A stretch of DNA of 64,000 bases from Marsupella aquatica (GCA_973895155.1 OZ316894.1:23434709-23498708), one strand, 5' to 3'. Positions 24,877 to 38,180 are shown, counted from the first letter of the stretch. Translations and numbers: made by a program. The notes: generated by a model from the sequence alone, not told the origin.

Positions 24877-26516
24877 CTGGAGAACTTGTGCCTACTGCTG
24901 GGGGCTTCACTGGTTTACCGGAGAACTTGTGCCTGATGCTCCTGGGTTTGTGTTATGTTCAAGTTATTGTCGAAGCTGGCTTACACCGTACAAGGAACAC
25001 GTGAAAAAAAGGAAAAAAGAAAAAACACGACTTTAAAAATAAAAAAGAGCGAGCAAATGGTTGAAGCAAGCTGCGGGTTGGGAATTTGATCGATGCTAAC
25101 TTGTTGATGTCGGAGCTTCATGTTGTTGATCGAGCTAGCTGTGGATCAACCTTTGGGGTTCAAGGTTCCTGTCGTAAGGTCGGAGACTGATCGTCCGTGG
25201 CAGGCTGGTCTACCGATGCTCGAGCTGAGGAAGGTGCGTTACTCGTTGGACCTCTGACGATAATATGGACACAACTGGATCCAACTGGATCGGTTCTGAA
25301 ACAATCCGTGGCACTCGAAGCATGGTCCTTACACTTCAAATGTGAAATTACTACAGACTTGATATCCACCTGCTGTCTCTTTTGTTAAGTAACCATATCT
25401 GACGTAATTTGATTTCTTCCTCTGGAACTGTTCCTGCCCTAAGGTTTACCATTTAGGGCAGCTTTTCTAGGTTGAGGGTCCCGAGGATTAGAAATTTGGG
25501 GGATTTACTGAAGTTTGGATGAAACAACCAAGTGTGGGAAAGATGTTCTAGCTTGTTCAAGAAATACTTTGATTTGAACTTTCTTGTGAACATTGAATCC
25601 TCTAGAAGAGTTCTAGACGGTAACTTCTGTTGTGGCAGATGGGAGAATTTTCTGATTGAGGTCTTTAAGCGAGTCTGGCCCACAGGGGTCAGGTGGGACC
25701 CATATATGTACCAGGCTGTCTCTTTCATCCATCCTCTGGAGGATAACGATGAGCTTGGCTGGAAGCTCCAGTATTTTAGCTCATGTTTAATGTGCCATGG
25801 GGCTATTTTTTAGGGTCATCCTGTATAGTGTCACACCTTCTCCCATCTGTAATGAGTTTTTATCTTGCCTGCGGGCCAAGAAAGAACAAAAAAAATGTTT
25901 CTCTATCCCCTCTATCCCCTCTATCCCCTTGGATACTTTGCATTAAAAATTCTGTGCACCTGAAGACTGATTTTTGTGTGTTCATAAATCATCCCAGTTG
26001 TTTTTTTTATTCCTGAATCTGTAATTGGAAACTGATGCAGTTCAAGAGCTATCAAATTTCTACCAACTGGTCGCTAAATCGGGTCTACCATATTCTCAGT
26101 GTGGAGTATTCAAGGACAACATTTCAATTAGTGAGGATCAAAAGTAGACTTCTTGTTAGTGTGACATTGGTAAATCAAGGACTTCCCATAAAATGTCACC
26201 TCTATGAGGAATGATGGGATATGCTTTACACAATACTTTTTTCCTGGAAATAAATTAATAGAATCTATGTTTTTTAGTTAAATAATTTTCATATATCTTT
26301 ATATAAATTATTATAATTTAACAAATAAAAATATTATTTTTATAGTAATTATATTAATTGAAAATAAATAATTTTATTTTTACCAATTTAAAATTAATTT
26401 AATTAACTACAATCTTAAAATGTTATTTTAAGTTTAAGTTCTATCCCTGTGTTCTAAACTTTGACTCTGATCTGGAGAGAGGTGTCCCAAAGTTGATGGT
26501 AGACTCCCTCTTGAGC

Positions 26517-26753
26517 CTCCCCTCATGGGTGTGAAATTCCACATGGGTATGAAATTTGACGTGGATATTGCATGTGTGCTTAAATTTTAATATGGTCAAT
26601 CATAGTGTTCTGAATTTTGATTGATCTGGAGAGTGGTGTCCCATAGTTGATGGTAGACTCCCTCTTGAGTCATGCCCGTTCTCTAGGTCACAATCAAAGC
26701 GATATCCATGTCAAATCTCAGACCCAGACCAAATTTCACACCCACGAGGGGAG
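26517..26753. mobile_element. MITE-like element with ~55-bp imperfect TIRs
   Basis: CTCCCCTCATGGGTGTGAAATT...GACGTGGATATTGC versus GCGATATCCATGTC...AATTTCACACCCACGAGGGGAG. No clear TSD. Confidence 0.7.
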
Positions 26754-26986
26754 AATTAATTTTTTATTCTCAATTCAACAACTGATAATATGGTGGACTT
26801 CACATTGAGAGTCCCCTCGTCCGGCAGCACTAGCATCTCCAATTGTGGCAGTGATCCTTTCCAAGAGTAGTGGAGGCCTGTCTTAGCATACGGGTGAGTT
26901 TGTGAATAGTGCCCTGACTGGTGTCTCACTTGAATTGACATTATGGAGCAGACTAGTGTCTGGAGGGGACCCAAGCGAGTCCTGTA

Positions 26987-27062
26987 GAAGTGCTTTTGTG
27001 TTTAGTAACACAAGGAGTAAAACCGAAGTGCTTTTGTGTTTAGTAACACAAGGAGTAAAACC
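26987..27062. repeat. Perfect 38-bp tandem duplication
   Basis: GAAGTGCTTTTGTGTTTAGTAACACAAGGAGTAAAACC x2. Confidence 0.95.
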
Positions 27063-27899
27063 GGATCAAGTTCAACTAGTTCCAATATTGCATCTTCTCC
27101 AAAGTTTAATTCCAATTTGCTCGAGTGTGAATCAAATAAAGTTAAGGGATCTAATGCAAAACTGCTGCATGGTGTGAATGTAAAAGGATATCTTTTTTAT
27201 TTTTATTTTTATCTAAACAGTAATAAATATTGTAGCTGTTGTGTCAAATTGTGTAGCAATAAATAGTATACTGAGAACCTATTGCCACTCAGTTGTTGTG
27301 GCCAATCTATATCTTTATATATACCTCTAACATTTTTGTAACAATTCAAAGGGATAGTTAGTGTAGCAATAGATAGACACTGATGATGCAAGCTATCGCT
27401 CAGTCGTTGGGGCTGATCTAAGTGTTTATTTCCAATGATTAAATTAACTGAGTGTTAACTACGGGATACTTGCACAATTTTGAATTCTCCGCTTATATTC
27501 TTGGTGATGATTTAGGTGACATTCTAGTCACTCTTATGTGTGCATGCAAGATTAAAAAAGCTTGTATAAATAATAAGGAGCAACAACTAGTGGAGAATAA
27601 GCTGGACCTTGGAAGACTCGTGATAATGCCTTGCCTGAAGTCAGGAAAGTCCAGAGAGAGCAAGACTTGCCTCTGGGCTACAGATTTCTAAACAATGGTA
27701 AAGGGTTAAATGATTCCATTCACGGTGTAAACTCCGGATGCAGAGCAAGCTGACTAGCTCAGATCTCAATGAGCTAAGACAAAGAGCAACTCTGCAAGAC
27801 CGGACAACATGTTGTTTACAAAGAGCAGGTCTGAAGAGTAGTACCCTTGTCCTTAGTTCGTCAAAGTCCGTATGTTTTTTCTTTGTATCCGTGTGTACC

Positions 27900-28160
27900 A
27901 GGTTATGAGACATTACCCCCAGGTGAAGCCATGGAACCCCTGGGCCAGCCTGGCTTGGGATTATGAAATTTGAATGAGAAATAGGGTAACTGCAAGTGGC
28001 AGACAGTGCCAGACATTTATTGTGTCAAACTGAACTAAATGTTGTGTAAAAATTCACTCAGGCTTTACGCTCGATAACTCATCCCCACTTGGGGATAATG
28101 GATATAATCCCCTCTGGCTCAGAGCCCTCTGGGATTACATCCCATTACCCCCTCTTGGGG
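27900..28160. repeat. Dispersed repeat, copy A (inverted relative to 56490-56745)
   Basis: Its reverse complement TGTGTAGGGTAACCCATCCCCAAGAGGGGGTAATGGGATG... matches TGTGTAGGGTAACCCATCCCCAAGACGGGGTCATGGGATG... at 56491. Confidence 0.8.
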
Positions 28161-30410
28161 ATGGGTTACCCTACACAATTTTCTCTATATAGTCAAACAG
28201 TAAGGAGTGTCTATGGCAAGCTTTGAAAAGTTAGATTTGACTTATTTCTCAGGGATTTCATGTCAAATTTTCTCTACCTAGTAGTATAGCAATGAGTGTC
28301 TCTTGCAAGGTTTGAAAGGTGGGATTTGACTTATTTCCCGTGTTATGTCAGTTCAGTCTTCTCTCCAATACTCTCTTGCGCAAACCTTTGAAATTTAATG
28401 GAGAAAAAGCACAAATTTACTAAAGAACTGCCAAACATAAGATACCAGAGTGAAGGCAAAAGAGGTCCACAGAGGACACATACTACTTATTTCTGTATTC
28501 GCCCTCATGGAAGACCTGAGTCTTATGTGACGTCCAAGTTTCTTCCAAAGTTCAGTCTTTCCAAAAAAAGGAAAAAAGAAAGTAAAAGACCAATCAATCT
28601 GGAAGTAGAGGCTTGCAAAACATTGATGAACACAAATGAAATGTTTTGTACTTGCATAACATGTTAAACACTTCTATCTAAACCACAACTTGGGGTATAA
28701 AGGGACCCCAAGCCTTGTCCAAGCATTAATCAGTCTGAAGGCCCCTGGTCGGCGATGGATGGGAGGGCCTGCTCACCCGGCCCATTCAGGGGTTCGTGCA
28801 GTTGCATGCCCTAGTTGCAGGCTTGGCCAAACTCTCCCTCCCACACTCCACACTGCACGTCACCCCACAGCTGTGCCTCGCAAGCAGTTAGTCATAGCTC
28901 ACAGTGTCTGGGAAACTGTTTGAGGCGGCATGGAGAGGTTTTCCTCTAATGTTTGGATACCCATCATGTTGCTTTCCCTCCCTTTTTCTTAGCTGATCTA
29001 CATATAAGTTTAAGGTAGACTCAATTCATGTAGTTTTTTCACTTTCTTTCATTGCCCTTATTCTTTGTTAATAACTTGTAAGTTTATCTTTTAGCTCAAA
29101 TCCTTAGGGTTCTGTGCTTTCACATTTTTAAGAGATGTTTAAGAAAAGTTCTTACTTTATTATTCTAATTTTATTTAGTGTTTTTAATTTGAAATCAACT
29201 TTACTTTTTGATTCTTACTCAACCCTAATCCTCTTCAACCTTTTAAAATTCTAACGCTAGCTTTTCTTCTTTATTTTAACTCGTCAACATCCAAACTCTG
29301 TGACCTCTCAATTCATGCTCTTTCACAAAAGAATTTTTAAAAATTCAATTTTGTTAATTCACAGAGGGTTTTAGTCAAGATTTACATCCAGTATCTTTGA
29401 GAAAAACCATCTCTAGTCCTAGGCTGTTATCTTCTCAGTTTTGGTCAAGTCTCCTGGTCACTGGATCAGCTCATGTACAGGTCCTTTTCAGCTCAAGTAT
29501 CAGTTGTCTATTGTTTCCCCTTAATAATCGCAGCATAACTTCAGTTGTTGCCTCGCTTATTTTTTCTTGGCATCTTCTTTCTCCTCTTTATGTACCTCAT
29601 ATTTTCTTCCCTCTTGTCCTTTCATTTTAACTTCCCAATCCCAAAGGTGGAAGAACTTCCTCCCGGCCACATTTAAGGCATAGGGCCTCATGAAGTCTCC
29701 ATCGCCTTTCGCTCTTCCCTTCCCGTTCCTACACGACGTCTGAGCTCCATTCTTCTCCATTAATTTCATCCACTTCAAACAAATTAGCCGGACCTCCCTG
29801 CATCACAGCAAAGCTTAGCCCTCCTGGATTCGCCATGTCAATCCAATCAGCCAAGCTTCCTTCGTGCCCTTCCCCTTCTGCGCTTTGAATTTCGTCCTCC
29901 CTGTTTGTCAGCCTCCAAGAGAAAAAAAATCAAAGTAACCCCCACAGCACTCCAAGCAGTGCTCGCTTCAAACTTAAAAACTGCACCTTATGAGCCCGAG
30001 TGCTCACAGCTTGCCATGTGCCACTCCCACAATTAACCAAAAAGTCATCCAACTAGGCTAAACTTCTACCATCACAATTCTTCTTTTGTCTTAAGCACAA
30101 AACTCAAACTTCACCCAAACCTTTCTTTGTTCAACCAAGGTAAGCAAAAACTCTAAATCTTGTTCCAGGGTAATTCATCCAAATCAGCATAGTCCATTCC
30201 ACTCAATAATTCTTTTTCTCGATGACAACGACAGCCACAGCCAGACCTTGTGCCTCCCTCCCTACTTCTTGTAGCTTGAAGCTCAAAGTTTGAACGGTGC
30301 CGCTGCTTGCTTGGACGCTGCTGCATCTCACATGGATGCTGATGCTGCTCGCCACTGTTTCTGAGGGCTGCTTGCTACCCGCCCAAATGAATATGGAGAA
30401 GCGTAAGATA

Positions 30411-30456
30411 TGGCGGGGACAGGATTCGAACCTGTGACCTCAAGGTTATGAGCCTT
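30411..30456 (-). pseudogene. trnfM: 3' fragment of a plastid-type tRNA-fMet(CAU) (anticodon arm, T arm, 3' acceptor strand); likely NUPT
   Basis: Minus strand AAGGCTCATAACCTTGAGGTCACAGGTTCGAATCCTGTCCCCGCCA. The D arm and 5' acceptor strand are absent. Confidence 0.8.
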
Positions 30457-30623
30457 CTTCCGGTAAGCCCTGTGGTTCTGGTTTCTGAGGGCTGCTTGCT
30501 CGGCGGCTGCCATTTAAAAAAAAAAAGATCAAGTACATCATCCCGTATTATTTTTGACAGTATTTTGAGGCCTTTTTAGGACCCCCTCACAAAGCTGAAT
30601 GCCAATAACCTTGAGCAATGTCA

Positions 30624-30747
30624 ATCAGTTGGTGTTTGACGCAACCCAACAGAAGAAGAATGTTGTCCTTCTTGCACTTTTGGTGATCAGTTGGTGTTTG
30701 ATGCAACCCAACAGAAGAAGACTGTTGTCCTTCTTGCACTTTTGGTG
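30624..30747. repeat. 62-bp tandem duplication
   Basis: ATCAGTTGGTGTTTGA(C/T)GCAACCCAACAGAAGAAGA...CACTTTTGGTG x2. Confidence 0.95.
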
Positions 30748-31214
30748 TGCGGTTCAAAGCGTACATAATTCAACGGAAGTAAGGACAGAAGGATAGACGA
30801 ACAACGAGTTAGTGGCAGTGCAGCGGAGCAGAGCAGGGCAGGGCGGAGGGAGAAGGAGGAGGAGCGAAAAACATTCTCAAAATTGGATTGAAACATCCAT
30901 ATTGTTCTTTAACAGTTTTTTTAAGGTATTCCACCCAATAGAATGAAAAAACCCCTAACTTCTTTGAGGGCAATGAGGCAAAAGGAAAATAAATGAGGAC
31001 CCCGGGTTTATAAGGTGGAAAGCACATGAACATGGCAAATAAGTTAGAGCTCAAGCTCATTTTATAATGAGAACACAAGTATATAGGGGCAGTAGTGGTT
31101 TAAGGCACTTCTTAAACACAGTAGATTCTGATGAATTTATCAATACCCAATTGTGTCAATGATGGGTAGAACAATGACCTTGATTGTCCTTTCAGTGAGC
31201 AGATGCAATAGGTA

Positions 31215-31504
31215 CTCTGTTCACCTTAATTAGTGTTATACAAAAATTAGTGTTAGTAATTTTGGTAAAAATGATTTTAAACCCAAGTTTTCAAATGAGA
31301 TTTTGTTCACTTTAGTATAAATTGCTTGTAAAAAATGTCTGATTTGTAACATTAATTGTTTTGGATTTTTCAAAATAATTTGTACCATAGTAAGCAAAAA
31401 TTAGTGTGATTGATACTAATTCACGAGTAGCCCTAAAAATAGACACTCTCAAATTAGTGTTAATCACACTAATTTGTTAATCACACTAATTATGGTGAAC
31501 AATG
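31215..31504. mobile_element. AT-rich MITE with TA target-site duplication (Tc1/mariner- or Stowaway-like)
   Basis: TA|CTCTGTTCACCTTAATTAGTGT ... ACACTAATTATGGTGAACAATG|TA, with internal AATTAGTGT subrepeats. The right end is included in a 46-bp tandem duplication extending to ~31583. Confidence 0.75.
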
Positions 31505-32185
31505 TAATAATGTGACAGATTATTCATCTTGTCCGAATGGTGAACAATGTAGTAGTGTGACAGATTATTCACCTTGTCCGAATTATCCATGCCTATAATA
31601 GTGTAACCCAATTACTTTGAACATCATTCAGTTGAATAGAGTAGACACAGAAAGCTCCCCAATCCGTTTATGGATGATGTGGCAGTCACAAAGTTCATCG
31701 ACGTATGGAGAAAGCAGCGAACTACGGACCAAAAACCCATGTTGCACCTCCGTTGAGAACAGTAGCATTCCATGCAGAGAGCTTAGTGTATTACCTCCAA
31801 TAAGCCGATCTTTGAGAAGTACAGAACGTCACATGGTGCTCAAGTTCTACAAACAGAACTGTCATCACTCCCAACAACCATTACTTTACATCAAGTTCAT
31901 CTTTGCTCTCCGAGTGCAAGCTGGTACGAGTCACTGGACAAGAACACACGAGCTAGATAGTCCGGCTTCCACGTTAAGACGAAATTCGTTGCTTTGGATA
32001 CAAAGCTGTGATCAAACTGATACCTCATCTCTCCAAGCCGTTTGCCATACCTATATTTGAGTACGATATTCCTGGCCCAAAATGGTATGAAACCATAAAA
32101 GAGAGCGGCAAAGATAACTGGAGACAGGACACAATGAGCGACATACCCTGCTTGCCCGTCAAAATCAACTCGCGTACACTATACC

Positions 32186-35100
32186 CTATGAAGACTTCTT
32201 GATGCCTGCCAAATCAGATCTATCCAATACTACAATGCTCTCCGAATCAGAGTTGAACATCTCAGCTGGCGCATGTAACGAGGGAGTTTCGTTGACGGAT
32301 AGTTGCAATGCTGGTTCAGAGTTAGTCTCCACTGGTACTACTACAGGTCCAACTCGCTCTACTGCTTCTACTGCTTCCGTTGTCACAGACATGGGATCAA
32401 CACTTTGGGTAACGCCGGAATTCAGTCCGGGTGCAGCTCCAGTGCTACTAGCCGCAGTAGCTGATTCTACGGGAGGAGCCTCTACTTCCATCATAGAACT
32501 AGCAACAGGTTCAGACACTACCGTGGAATCGGTTCCTGGGGCCACAGCTTGAAGATCTGTCTCTGAACCAATCGCTACAGCAGGGCTCGCATCGTCCCCA
32601 CCGGCTGCCGCAGTGGGTGTTGGGTCTGGTTTAGACAACCCTTGGGATGCATCAGCAGCAATCACAGGACTCTTCCCGTAAGATTGGAGTTTCAGAAGTC
32701 GATATTCTGTTTCAGGTCTCCGGCAAACTTTCCTTAGAGGGACAACCTCCTGCACTCCACCAATCCCAAGCCCCCCAAATTTAGAATCCAGAGGCAAGTC
32801 AGGAACCTCACAAGGAATCCTATTGTCTTCGCCTACAATCTAGAGAGACGAGCATTGCACAACATTTGCCTATGATTTAAGAGCTGGTAAATGCAAGACA
32901 TCCATCCGACTTCGTCCGAGACCCGACTGTAAGAAGAGTGGACTTCTCGATTGGTTTAACGGCCGCTAAGACTTCGTGAGCGGTCTGTCATACTTGGGGT
33001 ACGGGATGGACGTGGGCTTTTAGAGAACGACCCACATTATGAAGTTTCTTCGAGGGGAGATTCTTGAAACGAGATTCATTCGAGTCTCTTAGGCTTAAAG
33101 AAAGTACCTCCGACTGGTCGTGCCTGTAACGGACCCAAAATCGGCAGCGACATCCCCTTACATCATGACGGCGTCGCTGAACATCCAGAATATCTGCGTC
33201 GAAATACAAAGCCTGTTCATTACCCTCCTGCAGTTATCAGCGATAGCAGAATCGGTTATTATTAGTGACGAAGTGACAATGGAAAACAAGTGGCACATTA
33301 GAGCCCATGATCTAGGTTTAAAACCTATCGGAAATTATCCATGCCCGTCGTGTCACAAACCGAACCGCTGGACCAGCAGGATCTCATCTTACAGAGATGA
33401 AGCATCCAAAGGGAACTAAGCAGATCAAACAACTTCAGTGTTGTTACATTACCATTCAAAGATGTCAACATCTTCTGTTCATTCTTCAAAACAAGCTAAA
33501 CAGCAATGGAAGAAATCTGTGAACATGAAAACAACGATCTCACCTGAAAACACAGGATTAAATCCCCAGGTAGCACGGCTACACATTCGGAGGCCTCACA
33601 GGGAAGGGACCGCTGGCGAACAGCACTTCGCACATTCACCCATTCGTCTTCTTCCGACCCAAAGCCAGCAAATCTCACTCGGACTTCCTGCTACAGAGGA
33701 CATTAATTAGGAGATCTACTTCCATTCTTACAAAAGTTGCAGAAAATAACTTAATAGTTGAATTGACACGGCTAGAAGGAACTTTGAATCACAGCTATAA
33801 TTGTCAGTCTCAGCCACATGAAACCCAAGTATAATAAGTAACTCACTGGATCACCAGAAGGGGCCAACCGGTGGGATATAAATGTGGAAACATCATACCT
33901 GCAAGATAGGTGCAAGCGGTAAACGATCAAGGAGGTAGCTATGACGATTATCTTGACAAACCTCGTCACATATCAAGACTATAAGCAAACCTTTCGATTG
34001 AAAAGTGTCAGTTGGCAACGAGCCAGGCTAGAGCGATGTTCCCGCTGTCAACCTTTGATAACGTCCAGAAGTAATAACAGACGGGAGTAACATACCATGC
34101 ACCATCTCTAGCAGATTTTGCTTCAAATTCCATCTGCTGTGTATCATTTCTGCTCCTGACTGGTCCTGTCAAGACAAGAAGAACTCCACATTTTGAGTGA
34201 CATGTACACGTGCTAATCCGCCCCCGTCTTGAACGATGCCCAGAACAAAAAATCTACTCAGATGATGTTTCAATACAAGGCTTCTTTTCCCAAGGCAGAG
34301 GACCATGATGAGTGCTGCTAAACCAGGTCAAATGGGAGCATGAAACCATAGAAGTTTTGGTAGTCAATTTGAAATTCCATGTCGGCATATTTGCGTTTGA
34401 ATTTATTGGTCACGCGAGGGGGGGTTGGGCGGTGGTCCAATAGGAAGTCACCTGGGGTGAAGAGAACATCATAGGAGTCTCACTGCATATACTTGGGGGG
34501 GATTTTGGGGGGGATTAAGTGACTACCTGATGGAACGGCAGCAGAGGAAGTGGGAACTTTCTTCGGTTGAGAGGTATCCGGTATCGCTGGGGCGGCTTTA
34601 GGCTTATCTGGACTTTTGGCAATTTTCGCTTTCTGTGAATGTCGTCTATTTTGAAACCAGTTCCACACCTGGACATCGAAAGGTGAGCTCAATGAGGATT
34701 GCAAAACGAAAATAAAAGTAATGACAGTCACGAGTCATTCTGTTTACTATACTGATGATGCTAGACATCGGAAGGGGGAACATTATGTGGTGTGCATACT
34801 TTACAGACTTGAGCGGACAGACACTACTAAAACTTCACTATCCCATCGCCAGCGAAGTTACGATTGGGATCCCATTACAACTTTGACCAACTATTTCAAA
34901 AACTCCAGTGTTAATTTCAAAACCCTTTGGAAGCATTTGTCAGTATTCAGGTTAATCACTCCAATACATTGGTCTTCAGAAGATGTGCTCGGATCGGAGC
35001 ACTTAATGAATTATGATTAACCATCTTTTCTGTGAATCATAACATAAAACTAGGGCATTCGCAACTCCATGCCGAATTCATTACTTCCAAACCCGCATTC

Positions 35101-35899
35101 CTTATATGAGAACTATATGACGGAAGAAGCAGATGTTGACATTGCTAAGACCCGAAAGGCATTCTACAACTAGCAAATTAGTATTCAATAACAAACAACT
35201 AAAAGGCAGACAACAGCAGATCAGACTTGCTTACTTGCTTCCATTGAATTGGTTTTTGCCCAGCTCGTTCTGTGCTTGTACTGCAGAAAGTAACAAGCAT
35301 CTTGTAAGTGTGAAAGGAAGGGCTTCATAGGTCACGAATTAAGACTGATATGCTCATAACAGCTGATCAATATCTTCAGCAGAAGACATGGAAGATGTCG
35401 GCAGCATGCTGAGACTCAGTCCAAGCTGCTTAGGACGCCGATATGGAACAAATTGAGCGTAATTCCAAGAATGTGAACAGTTGGTGCCGTGGTGAGAGGA
35501 ACTTCAAGGGATAGAAAGTAGACTCACGTGAAATCGTCTGCAAGACTTAGAACTACCGAACGTGCCGGTGTCGTTCCCTTACTATTTTCAAGAGCCTTCT
35601 CCATCTCCGAAACCTGTTGTAATGTATATTGATTAGGAACCAGAAAGCTAGGAAATATAACATGAGACTCTAAAACCCTACCGAGCAGACGAGATAAGGA
35701 AAGGAGCATGTGGACTGGCATAATTGCTTCGAGGACAGCTAACGCCTTCAGTTGGGCCGAAGTGCAGTAATGAGAAAATTCCTGGAGCTATGACGTGAGA
35801 AATTCGAAAAGACAGTGCATGCGAGCAATAGTAAAGGGAACCCACCTCTCTTGCCGTAAAACGGAAAGCCGTGGCTCCTCCTGAGGGTGCCCTCCCCAT
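32186..35899 (-). CDS. SHH: SAWADEE homeodomain homolog (SHH1/SHH2-like chromatin reader), 9 coding exons
   Basis: [18 protein letters not shown]|VSEMEKALE...|..KPIQWKQ|VWNWFQNRR (homeodomain). SAWADEE domain: [13 protein letters not shown]|YDV..|[45 protein letters not shown]|[31 protein letters not shown]|[22 protein letters not shown] junctions found. Confidence 0.95.
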
Positions 35900-36929
35900 C
35901 TTGGCTCCTTATTGCAACAATTGATCTTAAAGTTGAGAAAATTATTGGATTTCACTGCCAACTGTAAATCCTCGCAACTCAAGGGAACAAGAAGAAAAGC
36001 CGTTCACTGCGAGCTGAGGCCCATCATCTCAAGATTATGTGAGACACTCAACTTCAGCCTCAAACTCCAGACGCTTCAGCAAATCTAGCGTTCAACATCA
36101 TGCCTGGATGCTCCGGTCAATCTAATATGTACCACTGCTCCCATCCACTTCAATGGGTTCTATGACTAGAATAGTGAACTGCCACAATTGTGAACTGCCA
36201 CTGCAGAAACTCTGCTGCCCAAATTCCACTCAAATCTCAGCTCTGGTCAGCAGAAAAAGATTACAACCAAAATGCCCGACGCGGCGAAACGCGTCCAAAC
36301 CCTAAAGCTTGCTCGACAGCACTAGTCGTCGAGCTACAGCAAACCAGCTCGGGAACCAATGACAGAAGAAGAAGCCGCCCGAGTCACTAGGTAGCCCCCG
36401 ACACCGTCCTACTGTCCGAGCTGTGTGCCTGACTTCCTTCCTGCCTGCCTTCCTGCCTGCCACCTACGGTACACACCACGACGACAAACTCCTTGCCATA
36501 CTGCTCCCCGCCGCAATGATGATCGAGCTTCCTGCTCCTCCCCCAATCGTCGCTGCGCTTGCACCTCTCGTTTCCCTTCTCTTAGCTACAAAGAGCGCAG
36601 AACTACGCTACAAGGTGCGGAAGACTTCTTCGGAATCCAACCTCCAGCTCTCGCTTTCTCTCGCTCTCTCTCTCTCTCGTCTCTCTCCGACACGACACGA
36701 TACTACGCCACTTAAAAAAAGCAAATCTTCCCCGGAGCTTGCCCCTATGCTCACCCTTTCGTTGAATGGTCTCTCCCCCTACCGATCAAGGCATTTCCTC
36801 CCGCCCCTACAGGCAAATGATCAGAGCTCTCCCTCACACTCGAGCTCAATCAATGTCTTCGTTTCTCTGTGTCTACCTGCCTTGAAAATTCAGCCTCATC
36901 AACAGCAAGAAAAACAGTAGAAAGCGGCT

Positions 36930-36933
<4 letters not shown>

Positions 36934-36970
<37 letters not shown>
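36934..36970. repeat. (CT)n/(GA)n microsatellite in the SHH upstream/5' UTR region
   Basis: About 18 dinucleotide units. GA repeats are known BBR/BPC-type binding sites, but a function here is inference. Confidence 0.9.
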
Positions 36971-36974
<4 letters not shown>

Positions 36975-37249
36975 CATCAGAGCGACATCGGAGGGAAGAA
37001 ATCGGCTCTGGGGTTTCACTTTGCCCCGTCGTCTTTTCGATGAATGCTCTCTTTCTCTCTCTGGGTTTCGGTCAAGGGCAGAAATTGGTTCCCCCTCCCT
37101 CCCGCCTATATTGCCGACTGCAACGCATCATTGCTCGTTCAAAATCGTCCACTCCACTCCACTCCACTCCACTAGAGTTGTCCAGGGCAGTCCAGTTCAG
37201 TCCAGTCCATGCTATTTATCGCGCACATCATGAAATCTACACGCCCCAA

Positions 37250-38180
37250 CAATGGCCAGTTACTCATGGATCACAAGCTCTGCCCCATGCCAAACATTGA
37301 AGGGTGGGAAGTGATGTTTGGTAGGTTTTTTTTTCTTTTTAAAAAGGAAAAGCCATGAAACCACAAAGAAAGGGAAGAGTCAGCCACAATAGTTGAACCA
37401 GAGAGGTATGAGTCACTGAGTCACTACTCAAGTGAGCTATCACAAAGTCATGTCTCTTTGAGCAAAGTGATGTTGGTCTTGAAATGCCACTTGCCATAAA
37501 AGGGGGAAGGAGTGTCCAATGGTGAGTTACACATGGATCAGAGAGCCCAATGCGGCCACTCGCCATATAAAAGGGGGAAGTGTCCAATGGCAAGTTACTC
37601 ATGGACCACAGAGCCCAATGCGGCCACTCGCCATACAAAAGGGGGAAGTGTCCAATGGTGAGTTACTCATGGATTACAGCCCCAATGCTCTGCCATGCAA
37701 AACATTGGAGGTGGGAATTGATGTTGGTCTTAAACGGCCACTAGCCACATAACGGGGGGAAGTGTCCAAGATTTCTCCCGTTTTCATTTTGTTCTCCTTC
37801 TTTTCCTCTCCCCTTCCATATTGCTCCACAAATTCAGGAAAGGAAGGGGAGAGGAAAAGAAGGAGAACAAAGTGAACTCAAATTTGTGGTGAGTCATGGC
37901 TGGGTGGGAAGTGATGTTGGTCTTAAACCAGAAAGATATACTTGATGGACCCCTAAATTGAAATGTCTTACTTGATAGACCCCAAGAGACCCCATGAGCT
38001 TTTGGGTACATTGATTTGAGATCTATCAATGGTTTAGATCACTCATGGGTCCATCAAGTATCTCTCTCTCTCTTAAACCATGAGTGGCCACATGAAAGGA
38101 GAAGTGTCCAAGACTTCTCCCTTTTTCACATTCCTCTTCTCTAGAGTGAGACTTTGCTCCACAAATTCAGGAAAAAGGTG
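37250..38180. repeat. Complex repeat block with ~68-bp tandem units and longer internal duplications (probable TE remnant)
   Basis: AAGTGTCCAATGGTGAGTTACTCATGGA..AGAGCCCAATGCGGCCACTCGCCATA..AAGGGGG is repeated at ~37500-37690. GTGGGAAGTGATGTTGGTCTTAAAC and TTGCTCCACAAATTCAGGAAA recur. Confidence 0.8.

Noticed and set aside
26250-26440. Extremely AT-rich tract as an origin or organellar insert
   Set aside because: No repeat structure or recognisable gene content to support a call.
30411-30485. Functional tRNA-Met gene
   Set aside because: The 5' acceptor strand and D arm are missing, so a cloverleaf cannot form.
36423-36920. 165-aa plus-strand ORF
   Set aside because: Low-complexity CT-rich sequence antisense to the probable SHH 5' UTR, with a non-ATG start and no recognisable domain.
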